DNA of 22,206 nt from Candidatus Hermodarchaeota archaeon (GCA_048885925.1 JBHLLG010000047.1:1-22206), one strand, 5' to 3'. Counted from the stretch's first letter, positions 1-8,681 are shown. Notes: generated by a model not told the origin, from the sequence alone. Translations and numbers: made by a program.

Positions 1-17
1 CTTTTCGCTTCAGACAT
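1..17 (-). CDS. Probable 5' end of a gene running off the window (MSEAK...)
   Basis: ATG at 17-15 followed by TCT GAA GCG AAA, downstream of the 728-aa gene; too short to identify. Confidence 0.35.
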
Positions 18-90
18 GCGTACTTTACTTAATATTGTTGGAATAATCCTCTTAAATATTTGGTAGTTATTTCTTGAAGATGAGTAATTG

Positions 91-2277
91 TTAGAGAGCA
101 AGGTCCTTTATTCTAGAATTAATTTTTTTTCGTAGCTTAATTGTTAAACGCATTAAATTTTTAGCTTGGCTTATGAAATCTGATACATTAATTTTCATTT
201 TTCCCAATACTTTTAATTTTATTTTAAGTCTATCTTGAAGTTCAGTAATCATATCTCCAATCTGACCATAATAATTAAAGTAAAAATTATATTGAAGTTT
301 TCTTATCTCATTTCGTCTTTGCATCGGTTCTAAATTTTGAATCATTAATTTTTCCTGAGGATACACTTCAAGCATTTCTCTTGTTTTTAAATTAAAAGAT
401 TTTACTATCTTTTTTAGTTCAGCCCTCTCAAATTCAAAATTTTTTGCTTCTCTCTCTCTTTTCTCTTCATTCACATTATCATCGATAATCTGAATATAAT
501 CTAATATATCTCCCTTTTTATCTTCTCTAACTTTGTCTAATTTCTCTATTAATGCATCTTTAATTTTCTCTAAAAATTTGGGATTGGAGTCTAGGGGAAC
601 ACTAAAAGATAAGTGCCACGACTCTCTTGAACTGGAAGTATATAAGTTCTCTTTTCCTTCTGGAAGCTCTAGTATTTTTAATACAATATCTCCAAGGATA
701 GTAGGAAACCTCTTAGCACATTTTTGGAGAAAATTGGATAACATTTTAGGCTGAGATGAGACAATCTTAATTAGGGTTGTAGTATCTATTATTGTTTTGA
801 ATTCAAAGGAGGTGAATTGGCTTATATATCCTAGAATTATGAGATATTTAACGACAGAGGGGTACCCACTTTTAAGCCTTTGGGCAATTTCTTCTTTAAA
901 TACTCTTTTTGCCATTGGATCTCCAGCTTCAGTCAATTTTTTTAATACTGGAAAAGAAATATTACTCATTAATAACCGCGTGTCATAATTATGTTCGACC
1001 CATACTTGGAGATTTGAACAATGACCCCAAAATTCTTGTTCAGGAGTTATCGTTATATTTTGGAACTGAGAAGCTATTCCCACTTGACCTTCTACAATTC
1101 TATTTTCCCATAGAGACTGCTTATAGACCTTTACCGCTTCATCGATAGATTCTATTTCTTCATATAAATCTCTCTCTTGAGGTGGAATTTGCAGAAAAAG
1201 TCGTATACATTGGAGAAATCTCTTTCCATTTATGTAGATGTAAGTCCTTTTATCTTCCAACTTAAGCGTTATATATTCATTAATCTTGTAAACTTTTTTA
1301 ACTGTAGGTGCTTTTTCCTTCGGTAACTTTTTTTCAGTAAAAACTACTTTCGGTGGTTTTTTTTCAGTAAAAACTACTTTCGGTGGTTTTTTTTCAGTAA
1401 TCTTAGGTGCTCTTTCCTTAGGTATTATTTCATTATATATTCTCAAAAATTTTGAAATTAGTTGAGGATTATTCTGTTGAAGTAAATAATTAATATAACC
1501 AGCTAGTCCTTCACTATCTTTATTCCAGTTTAAATCATTTTTAAACTGGAATATTTCATCTCTTAATTTGGAATCTACACGCTTGATATCTCTACTACTG
1601 TGCTTAATTTCACCTTTTTCCTTAGGTACCGGATATAATTTAGGCTCAGGAGCTATTAATTCAAAGTCTATATGAGGTTTGACTTTCTTAAATTTTATAA
1701 TATTTCCAAAGATATCAGTGGATACTCCCTTAGTAAAGAGATAGCGCATTACATATGGACCTAAAACAGGAAGTCCATCATCCTTAGAGATCTTCAATAC
1801 ATCAGCACCAAATATTTCAGGAAGATATTGTCTCTCAATCGTTAATTCATTAATAGAATTATTTTTCATTATAGATTTGATTTTTTTTCCTACTGAGCTA
1901 AGTTTCTTGGTAATTACTCGAAGAATGATTATATATTCATCATCTTTTGTAGCCACGATACTTTCTACACCACTATAAGACATAGCTACTAATCGTTCGG
2001 CTTCCATCTGTAGTATAGTATATTTAACTCCTGATATCGTGATGAATTGAGCATTTTGACCAAACCAACTTGATAACAAACTGTCAACATCTCCACTAAT
2101 GTCCCAATTATCTGTTGTATAAATAATTCGTCTATCTTTAATTATAGCTCCAGCAATAATTTCGAAATTCTTTTTTAAAGAATCTCTGATATTCAGGTAT
2201 TTTAATGGAATTCCACAGTTTAAACAAAATTGTTGATTTGGATCTTGTAGCTCTTTACCGCAATTTCCGCAATACAT
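91..2277 (-). CDS. Multidomain protein: N-terminal zinc ribbon, Asgard profilin-like domain, Lys/Pro repeat linker, Lokiarchaeia-expanded domain (usually LRR-associated), helical C-terminus
   Basis: CGNC...CLNC ribbon; IIYTTDNWDISGDV...SGVKYTILQMEAERLVA resembles Asgard profilins; INEYITLKLE...SIDEA...EFWGHCSNLQVW...YDTRLL..NISFPVLKKL..AGDP.AKRVFKEEI is a motif set I recognise from a large lokiarchaeal paralogue family. Confidence 0.75.
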   Translation of the reverse strand: MYCGNCGKELQDPNQQFCLNCGIPLKYLNIRDSLKKNFEIIAGAIIKDRRIIYTTDNWDISGDVDSLLSSWFGQNAQFITISGVKYTILQMEAERLVAMSYSGVESIVATKDDEYIIILRVITKKLSSVGKKIKSIMKNNSINELTIERQYLPEIFGADVLKISKDDGLPVLGPYVMRYLFTKGVSTDIFGNIIKFKKVKPHIDFELIAPEPKLYPVPKEKGEIKHSSRDIKRVDSKLRDEIFQFKNDLNWNKDSEGLAGYINYLLQQNNPQLISKFLRIYNEIIPKERAPKITEKKPPKVVFTEKKPPKVVFTEKKLPKEKAPTVKKVYKINEYITLKLEDKRTYIYINGKRFLQCIRLFLQIPPQERDLYEEIESIDEAVKVYKQSLWENRIVEGQVGIASQFQNITITPEQEFWGHCSNLQVWVEHNYDTRLLMSNISFPVLKKLTEAGDPMAKRVFKEEIAQRLKSGYPSVVKYLIILGYISQFTSFEFKTIIDTTTLIKIVSSQPKMLSNFLQKCAKRFPTILGDIVLKILELPEGKENLYTSSSRESWHLSFSVPLDSNPKFLEKIKDALIEKLDKVREDKKGDILDYIQIIDDNVNEEKREREAKNFEFERAELKKIVKSFNLKTREMLEVYPQEKLMIQNLEPMQRRNEIRKLQYNFYFNYYGQIGDMITELQDRLKIKLKVLGKMKINVSDFISQAKNLMRLTIKLRKKINSRIKDLAL
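1305..1423. repeat. Coding tandem repeat: about 2.7 copies of a 30-bp unit (TEKKPPKVVF), flanked by two near-identical 20-bp PKE(K/R)AP-coding segments
   Basis: cggtggttttttttcagtaaaaactacttt repeated over 1321-1400; taggtgctttttccttcggt (1305-1324) vs taggtgctctttccttaggt (1404-1423). Confidence 0.95.
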
Positions 2278-2535
2278 AATTTACTCTAAATGGTAGTAGT
2301 AAAGTTTTACATAAAAGTAAAATTTAGTCTTTAAGAAATTAAAAAAATTATGCCTTAATAATTGTATCGGTATCTTATTACAAATTCTTATTAAATATTC
2401 TATTTCTTTCTAAGTCATGTAAAAATAAATTTGTGGGCTTAAAATATCATTGTTGCATATGTACAAACTTTTATATTTCATTAAATCATGTAAATTTTAA
2501 ATATCCACTTCAAGTTTATTAAAAGGAAAGAATGA

Positions 2536-2868
2536 TTGATTATGGATTTAGAATCTTATAAAAAGAAATTTCCTTATATTTGTAATAATTGTGGAAAATT
2601 TACTCGTACTTATTCTGAATATTGTGAAAATTGTGGAACATATAGCTCAATAAGGAATACTAATGATAATGATTATACAGAAGAAAATATTATGAGACAG
2701 AGCGAGCATAAGACCATAAGAAGTATCCCAGAAGAAGTCTTGTTTACTGTTAAAAGCTTTAATGAGGATGTTCAAAAGGGAAAAAAGCTTGGTGCCGATG
2801 CCTATAATAGCAAGCCTTTTTCCGGTAAAAAACTTTTAAACAGAATCAAGAAGATATTAGATAAATAA
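2536..2868 (+). CDS. Small zinc-ribbon protein fused to the C-terminal half of a CheY-like receiver domain (start may be ATG at 2542)
   Basis: CNNC...CENC; C-terminal VLFTVKSFNEDVQKGKKLGADAYNSKPFSGKKLLNRIKKIL matches receiver beta4-alpha4-beta5-alpha5 with the T and KP motifs. Confidence 0.65.
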   Translation: MIMDLESYKKKFPYICNNCGKFTRTYSEYCENCGTYSSIRNTNDNDYTEENIMRQSEHKTIRSIPEEVLFTVKSFNEDVQKGKKLGADAYNSKPFSGKKLLNRIKKILDK

Positions 2869-2877
2869 AATTCTGAT

Positions 2878-3276
2878 TCAAACACGTCTCCCCCTGTGAC
2901 CACCCTTCCTTCTACAGTGGTCATGCGATTTAGGGGTTACTTCTTCAATCCTTCCAACTTGTAATCCTGCTCGTGCGAGAGCACGAATACATGCCTGTGC
3001 TCCTGGACCAGGAGTTTGTGATTTATTTCCACCGGGTGCTCTTACTTTTATATGAATCCCTCTGATTCCCTTATCCCGAAGATCATTAGCCACTCTAAAC
3101 CCACATTGCATTGCTGCATAGGGATTGCTCTCATCTCGGTCTGCTTTTACGACCATACCACCAGAACATTTTGAGAATGTTTCAGCTCCACTTATATCTG
3201 TTGCAGTTACTAATGTGTTATTATAACTTGAAAAAATATGTACAATTGCCCATTTAATTTCATCTTTTTTACTCAT
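2878..3276 (-). CDS. rps11: 30S ribosomal protein S11 (uS11)
   Basis: [46 protein letters not shown] archaeal uS11 motifs; SD GAGGT upstream. Confidence 0.98.
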   Translation of the reverse strand: MSKKDEIKWAIVHIFSSYNNTLVTATDISGAETFSKCSGGMVVKADRDESNPYAAMQCGFRVANDLRDKGIRGIHIKVRAPGGNKSQTPGPGAQACIRALARAGLQVGRIEEVTPKSHDHCRRKGGHRGRRV

Positions 3277-3289
3277 TATTTAACCTCTT

Positions 3290-3793
3290 TTAACTTTTTT
3301 CAGTCGTTGCTGTTAATGGACTACTTGGAACGAAGTCAATAAGATCTTCTTCCGCTTTTTTAACTAAATAGGAAGGAGCATTAATTTTTTTTCCAGCAAC
3401 TTGAATATGTCCATGGGTAATATATTGTCTGGCTTGATAAACCGTGCTTGCGAGACCTTTATCATAAACAAGGGTTTGTAGTCGTCTTTTTAAAACATCT
3501 TCGACATTGAGGAGAAGCACATCTTCAAACTCTGCTTCTGGTCCAATAATACCTAGGCGATTTAATTTTTTAATCAATTCCTTTTGGACTTCTATAGCTT
3601 GTTCTCTAGGTAATGTTCTAGATTGTCTAGCAATATTACGCCAATTACCTAACATTGTACGTGATTTCCAAAATTCTCGCTTGTTTCTAAGACCATATTT
3701 ACCAAGAAATTCGAGTTCTTCCATTATTCGACCTTTCTGAAATGGATGTTTCGGTTTTTTAAATTTCTTTTTTAAACGTCTTGGATCTCCCAT
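3290..3793 (-). CDS. rps4: 30S ribosomal protein S4 (uS4)
   Basis: MGDPRR..KK, YGLRNKRE, RRLQTLV..KGLA....QARQYITHGHI; SD GGTGA. Confidence 0.98.
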   Translation of the reverse strand: MGDPRRLKKKFKKPKHPFQKGRIMEELEFLGKYGLRNKREFWKSRTMLGNWRNIARQSRTLPREQAIEVQKELIKKLNRLGIIGPEAEFEDVLLLNVEDVLKRRLQTLVYDKGLASTVYQARQYITHGHIQVAGKKINAPSYLVKKAEEDLIDFVPSSPLTATTEKS

Positions 3794-3807
3794 TTACTCA
3801 CCTTCAT

Positions 3808-4302
3808 TTATTTAGCTTTTGGTTGACCCTTTCTCTTTCGTACTACTCCAATTACTAGACCATGTCGACCAGTACTTTTAGTTCTCTGTCCACGTACTTT
3901 TAATCCCAGGTGATGCCTAACTCCTTTGTAGTTTTTAATTTTTTTCATTCTATCAACGTCCCTTTTAACGGTAATTTCTAACATATTTCCAAGAATATGA
4001 ATATCATTACCTGTACGTAAATCTTTTGGGCGGTTTACCATCCATTTAGGGATGCCATTTTCAACAGGATTTATAATTATTTCTTCCAGTCTGTTCAATT
4101 CTTTTTCAGAAACAGCACCTATTCTTGTGTCTGGGTCGATTTCCGCTACTTTAATGACTGCTTGGGCAAATCTTTTACCAATGCCCCTAATTTGAGTTAA
4201 ACCAAACTCAACTTTGGCATTACCATCTATTTGTGCTCGAAATTTGCGAAAAAACACCTTTTCACGAAAACTTTTTGGTCGAACGGCGGATATTGAACTC
4301 AT
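3808..4302 (-). CDS. rps13: 30S ribosomal protein S13 (uS13)
   Basis: LTQIRGIGKRFA, IPKWMVNRPKD, YKGVRHHLGLKVRGQRTKSTGR. Confidence 0.98.
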   Translation of the reverse strand: MSSISAVRPKSFREKVFFRKFRAQIDGNAKVEFGLTQIRGIGKRFAQAVIKVAEIDPDTRIGAVSEKELNRLEEIIINPVENGIPKWMVNRPKDLRTGNDIHILGNMLEITVKRDVDRMKKIKNYKGVRHHLGLKVRGQRTKSTGRHGLVIGVVRKRKGQPKAK

Positions 4303-4433
4303 TTAAATTCAATTAAATAGAATTATCTTTTTTATTTTGATTTAATGTTAGTAAATATAGAATTTAATATTAAATTTTTGGTTTTCCTTAAGAAAAAGTT
4401 TAAGAGATAATAAGATTCTTAAAATAGAATTAT

Positions 4434-5927
4434 CTAGTAGTTAGGAACCCTCTTCTTTTCTTCTAATTTCAAATTAATATGCTTCATACTTTTAGTTTTT
4501 TTAGAACCAGCAATTTTTTGCAACATTGGTAACCCTGGTTTCACTTCTTCTATAGGTTTAGATTCAATTAAGTTGTTTTTTATCAATTCGTTATAAAGAT
4601 TTTTCCCTCTTTCAGTTCTTATAAGGACTGTGTTCCATCCTGAAGGAGAACCTATGGAACCAATTGATAAATCTGCAGATTCTGATGTTAAATCATAGCA
4701 AATTTCACAATCTTCTCGAGCTAAATGTGAGATTTCCTTAATTGGGACGTTTAATTCTTCACCTTTGTGAGTGTATACAAAAAATTTGCCTTTATTAATA
4801 TCCATTTTTTTAACATTTTTGAGATCTACATTTACTTTATTGCATATTTTTAAAAGAGATTCATAGGAGAAAGATTCCATACAGAATATACCAATTCTGT
4901 ACTCTATATTTTGTAGTGAGGGAATACCAATATCATATATTTTGGATTTTAAAAGAGCTTGCATCTGACATGGTACTCCTACAACTGCGATTTTTTTGTC
5001 TTTCAAGTCATTTTGATTAAGTACTTGAAGATTGGGATTATTAACATATTTTGTACCAGCTGCAGTTATTATATCTTCCTTATTTTCGATCAATAAAGCT
5101 TCAGGACGCCATAATGTATTACTCATTTTAGCTCCAACAGCAAAATTGATTTTCTTATTATCTAAAAGGTATAAAATACATGTACTTGAAATTCCACCAT
5201 CTTGGCATACATCTGCAATTTCTTTTATTTTAGTACGTGCTGAGTATACTTCACGATAATAACCAACATTAGAATAATCTTTAATTTCAGAGACTGCTTC
5301 CTGTACCATATTTAAAATTTTAACTGGTAAATATGTCCTTGGACATAAAAAATAGCATAATCCACATTTGATGCATTTATTCTCATCAATTTTTCCAAAT
5401 CCATTATAGATATGAAGACAGTTGACAGGACAGATTCCTGAGCATAATCCGCAGCCCGAACAGTTATTTGAATCGAAAATAACTTTTACAGGTTCATAAA
5501 TAGTTTTTAATTCTGAAATTCTATTATCATTAGCTTTTATTGACATATCTTTGAATAGTAATTTATCAGGATTAGATTCGTCGCCTTCAATTTTATCATA
5601 TGATTCCTCAACAGAAACTAGTCTTTCATTTCTTAATAGTTCTAATAAGCTTAGAGTCTTATAGATATCAATAGAATTTTGCTCCGAAAATTGTTTAATA
5701 ACTTCAAATTGATTATTAGAATTGTTCTGTAAAAAATTGAAAAGGGAATATTTTAGTAATTCATTATCAAACATTTTAAAAAGAATATTTTCATATTGAG
5801 CTTCATTATAGATTCCAGCTTCTAATATATCTTGTTTTGCATCAATTAAAGCTCGAATCCTATATGAATCTAAGGCAAAAGCCACATTTTTTAAATATTC
5901 CCATGAAAATTCTTCTTCAGAACTCAT
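4434..5927 (-). CDS. Coenzyme F420 hydrogenase/dehydrogenase beta subunit (FrhB/FdhB family) with a 2x[4Fe-4S] ferredoxin domain and an N-terminal extension of about 145 aa
   Basis: CSGCGLCSGICP and CIKCGLCYFLCP; QDGG, AAGTKY, VGVPCQ, IGIFCMESF, CEICYDLTSESADLSIGSIGSPSGW FrhB motifs. Confidence 0.9.
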   Translation of the reverse strand: MSSEEEFSWEYLKNVAFALDSYRIRALIDAKQDILEAGIYNEAQYENILFKMFDNELLKYSLFNFLQNNSNNQFEVIKQFSEQNSIDIYKTLSLLELLRNERLVSVEESYDKIEGDESNPDKLLFKDMSIKANDNRISELKTIYEPVKVIFDSNNCSGCGLCSGICPVNCLHIYNGFGKIDENKCIKCGLCYFLCPRTYLPVKILNMVQEAVSEIKDYSNVGYYREVYSARTKIKEIADVCQDGGISSTCILYLLDNKKINFAVGAKMSNTLWRPEALLIENKEDIITAAGTKYVNNPNLQVLNQNDLKDKKIAVVGVPCQMQALLKSKIYDIGIPSLQNIEYRIGIFCMESFSYESLLKICNKVNVDLKNVKKMDINKGKFFVYTHKGEELNVPIKEISHLAREDCEICYDLTSESADLSIGSIGSPSGWNTVLIRTERGKNLYNELIKNNLIESKPIEEVKPGLPMLQKIAGSKKTKSMKHINLKLEEKKRVPNY

Positions 5928-5957
5928 AATACTATTTAATTATTTTTTTCTTACTTT

Positions 5958-6028
5958 TCCGAACACCCATACAGTGGGTTAGTTCCTTTTCAACTATAAT
6001 TTGTTTGAAAAGATCATTCTATTTCGGA
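5958..6028 (-). promoter_or_regulatory. SECIS-like RNA element of the eukaryote/Loki type in the 3' UTR of mvhD
   Basis: Minus strand reads AUGA-U-CUUUUCAA-ACAAAUUAUAG-UUGAAAAG-GA: AUGA/GA core, 8-bp stem, unpaired AAA in the loop. Closing helices UAG/CUA and UCCGAA/UUCGGA, side hairpin ACCCA-CUGUA-UGGGU. Lies directly after a UGA-containing gene. Confidence 0.75.
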
Positions 6029-6447
6029 TTAAATTTTGGAATAGGAGGGAGGGTGTGAATCTTTTTCGTAATATCTGCGACAGAATTGATAAATTTTTCA
6101 ACCTCTGCCGCAGAGCAAAAGTATTGTTGAACTCTATCTTCAGAAATGCCTACATGTTTTAAAAATTTCTTTAATGTTAAAATATGTTTATAAGTATTCA
6201 TATTCCCGTTACCAAATTCACATTCGCCTTCTTTTCATGAAATTATTGCCACGCCATCAGCCCCATTTAAAAATGCTTCCATGATTAAATGAATACCAAT
6301 TCGCCCGGTACATCTTACACGAATCAAATGAAAATCAGTAGAATAAGACCTTCTTGTTACTCCAGTTAAATCAGCTGCAGAATACCCTCATTTATCACAG
6401 CCAAAAGCAATTATCTTTCTAGACTTTTCATCTTTTTTACTTGAAAT
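6019..6447 (-). CDS. mvhD: Hydrogenase iron-sulfur subunit MvhD/VhuD, selenoprotein with 2 Sec (TGA at 6390-6388 and 6237-6235); probable ATT start
   Basis: One frame reads KIIAFGCDK-U-GYSAADLTGVTRRSYSTDFHLIRVRCTGRIG...AFLNGADGVAIIS-U-KEGECEFGNGN into the 60-aa ORF of the track. Both TGA match the Cys ligands of MvhD motifs CxxC and GCxxGxC. Confidence 0.92.
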
Positions 6448-6468
6448 GATTAATTACCTCTAAATTGT

Positions 6469-8472
6469 TTATTGTTCTATCTTTTCAGGAATTTTTTTGT
6501 GAATTTCTAATTCATCACATCCAATTCCCTTGATTTCTTCTGAAAATTGCTTATCTCTATAATATTTTAAATCAATTGCTCTTGCTGGACAAGATGAAAC
6601 GCAGACACCACAGCCCTTACATTTTAAATCATCAACTTTAGCAATTTGATCTTCCTTAACTTTAATTGCTTCATAAAAGCAGAGTTTTTCGCATCTATGA
6701 CATCCCATGCATAGATCTTCATCTACTTCTGCAATGATTAATTCTTGTTTTATTGTATCATGTGATAATAATGTTGATGCTTTGCTTGCAGCAGCTAAAG
6801 CGGAAGATACTGAATAGGGGATGTTTTTAGGACCTGCAGCGCATCCACTTATATAAATTCCTAAATCCTTAGTTTCTTGAGGGCTCAAACAACCGTGGAT
6901 TTCAGTTAGAAATCCTCCCGGACCTTTACTTAATCCCATTACTTCAATAATTTCTTCAGTTCCCTTAGAAGGTACCATCCCTGTGGATAGTACAACCAAA
7001 TCTGCATCTATTCTAATAATCTCACCCGTCAATGAAGAATATGCTCTAACTTTTAACTTATTAGTTTTGGGGTCTTCTATTATTTCACCTACTTTTCCTC
7101 TTATCATTCTGATACCAGTTTCTCTTATTTTTCTGTAATAATCTTCATTTCCTTTATCAGTAGTACGAATATCTATATAAAACATAATAACTTCCATATC
7201 TGGATATTCTTGCTTTAATAACTGTGCATTTTTGAGTGCTACATTACAACAAACGAAAGAACAATAAGAATTTGCATTTACGTCTCTTGAACCCACGCAT
7301 TGAATCATGATCACTGTTTTTGGTGTTGTTCCATTAGATATTCTATAAACATGTCCACCTGTGGGTCCAATTGGGCTTAGCATTCTTTCCAATTCTATCT
7401 GAGTAATTACGTCTGAATAGATACCGTAATTGTATTCATTTGTTTTCCAAATAGGATATTCATCCCATCCTGTAGCTATAATTACGGATCCTACTTTCAC
7501 ATCAATAATTTCTTCTTTTTGTTCAAAATTTATAGCTTCAGCAGGGCAAGTTCTTTCGCAATTTTTGCAATCTATACATACAGTTCTATCCATTACAGCT
7601 AGTTTTGGCACAGCTTGAGGAAAAGGTATATAAATAGCGCCTCTTTCACCAATACCTCTATCAAATTCACTTGGTACTTTTATAGGGCATTTTGTTGTAC
7701 ATAATCCACATCCCGTACATTTTTTTTCATCAACATACCGAGGATTTTTTTTTATTTTAACATTATAATCCCCAGGAATCCCTCTAAATTCAACGACATC
7801 ACTATAAGTATATAATGTTATATTTGGATGCTTTGATGCATTTACCATGATGGGAGCTAGAACTCATATTCCACAATCATCAGTTGGGTAAATTCGATCT
7901 AATTGTGCCATTTTTCCTCCTATTGTTGCTTCTTTTTCTACCAAATAGACATTAATTCCTTGATTTGCTAAATCTAAGGCAGCATTCATTCCTGCGATAC
8001 CTGCTCCAACTACTAATACTGCTTTTTCAACAGGTATTTCTTTTCGAGGTATTGCCTCTAATTCACGTGCTCGATTTATTCCTGCTTTAATTAACCTTTT
8101 TGCTTTTTCTGTTGCATTTTCTCTGTCTTTAGCATGGACAAAAGAGCAATGTTCACGAAGATTTACCATTTGAAAAAAATACGGACTTAAACCTGCCTCA
8201 ATTAGGACAGCTCTATAGGTTGGTTCATGAATTTTAGGCGTACAAGCAGCTACTACTACTCTGTTTAAATTTAATTCTAAAATATCATTCTTGATAATAT
8301 TTTGACCAGGATCACTACAGGTAAAATCGTTTACTCGAGCAATAATTACATTAGGTAAATGTTCAACATAATCTCGAACAGCATCACAATCAATAGAAGC
8401 TCCTATGTTCACTCCTCACCTACATACATAAACTCCGATTCTTGGTTCATCCTTGGTCTGTTTATCAGACAA
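6469..8472 (-). CDS. hdrA: Heterodisulfide reductase subunit A family flavoprotein (667 aa), selenoprotein with 2 Sec (U19, TGA 8418-8416; U203, TGA 7866-7864)
   Basis: TTG start at 8472 behind AGGTGA; RIGVYVCR-U-GVNIG; VVGAGIAG FAD motif; PTDDCGI-U-VLAPIM joins the two track ORFs in one frame; CTGCGLC, CIDCKNC, IQCVGSRD...YCSFVCC, C-terminal CMGCHRC/CKGCGVC. Confidence 0.95.
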
Positions 8473-8681
8473 TTAATTCACCTTTTTGTAAAAGATCACC
8501 ATTGATTTTATGTAAATTTAAAATTTTACCTTAAATCTTAATGGTTTATGAAATTAATGAAATAATTTATTTTTTCTGATTAGACTTTAATAAGTGTTTA
8601 TTGTTGTTTTCTTTTAATTCAATATTAATTAATGTGAGCTTTCTCGTGAATTTTTTATGGAGAAATTAATTATAAAAAATT

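Noticed and set aside
533-1148. Plus-strand ORFs 533-754, 797-988 and 909-1148
   Set aside because: Antisense shadows of the 728-aa gene with no recognisable motifs
1321-1400. 30-bp repeats as a CRISPR array
   Set aside because: Head-to-tail with no spacers, in frame within a CDS, and no cas genes
3507-7618. Plus-strand ORFs 3507-3740, 5032-5259 and 7430-7618
   Set aside because: Antisense to rps4, frhB-like and hdrA
6019-8472. hdrA and mvhD as pseudogenes or split genes, as the ORF track implies
   Set aside because: All four interruptions are TGA, in frame, at Cys-ligand positions, with no frameshifts and a SECIS-like element downstream; Sec recoding explains this far better
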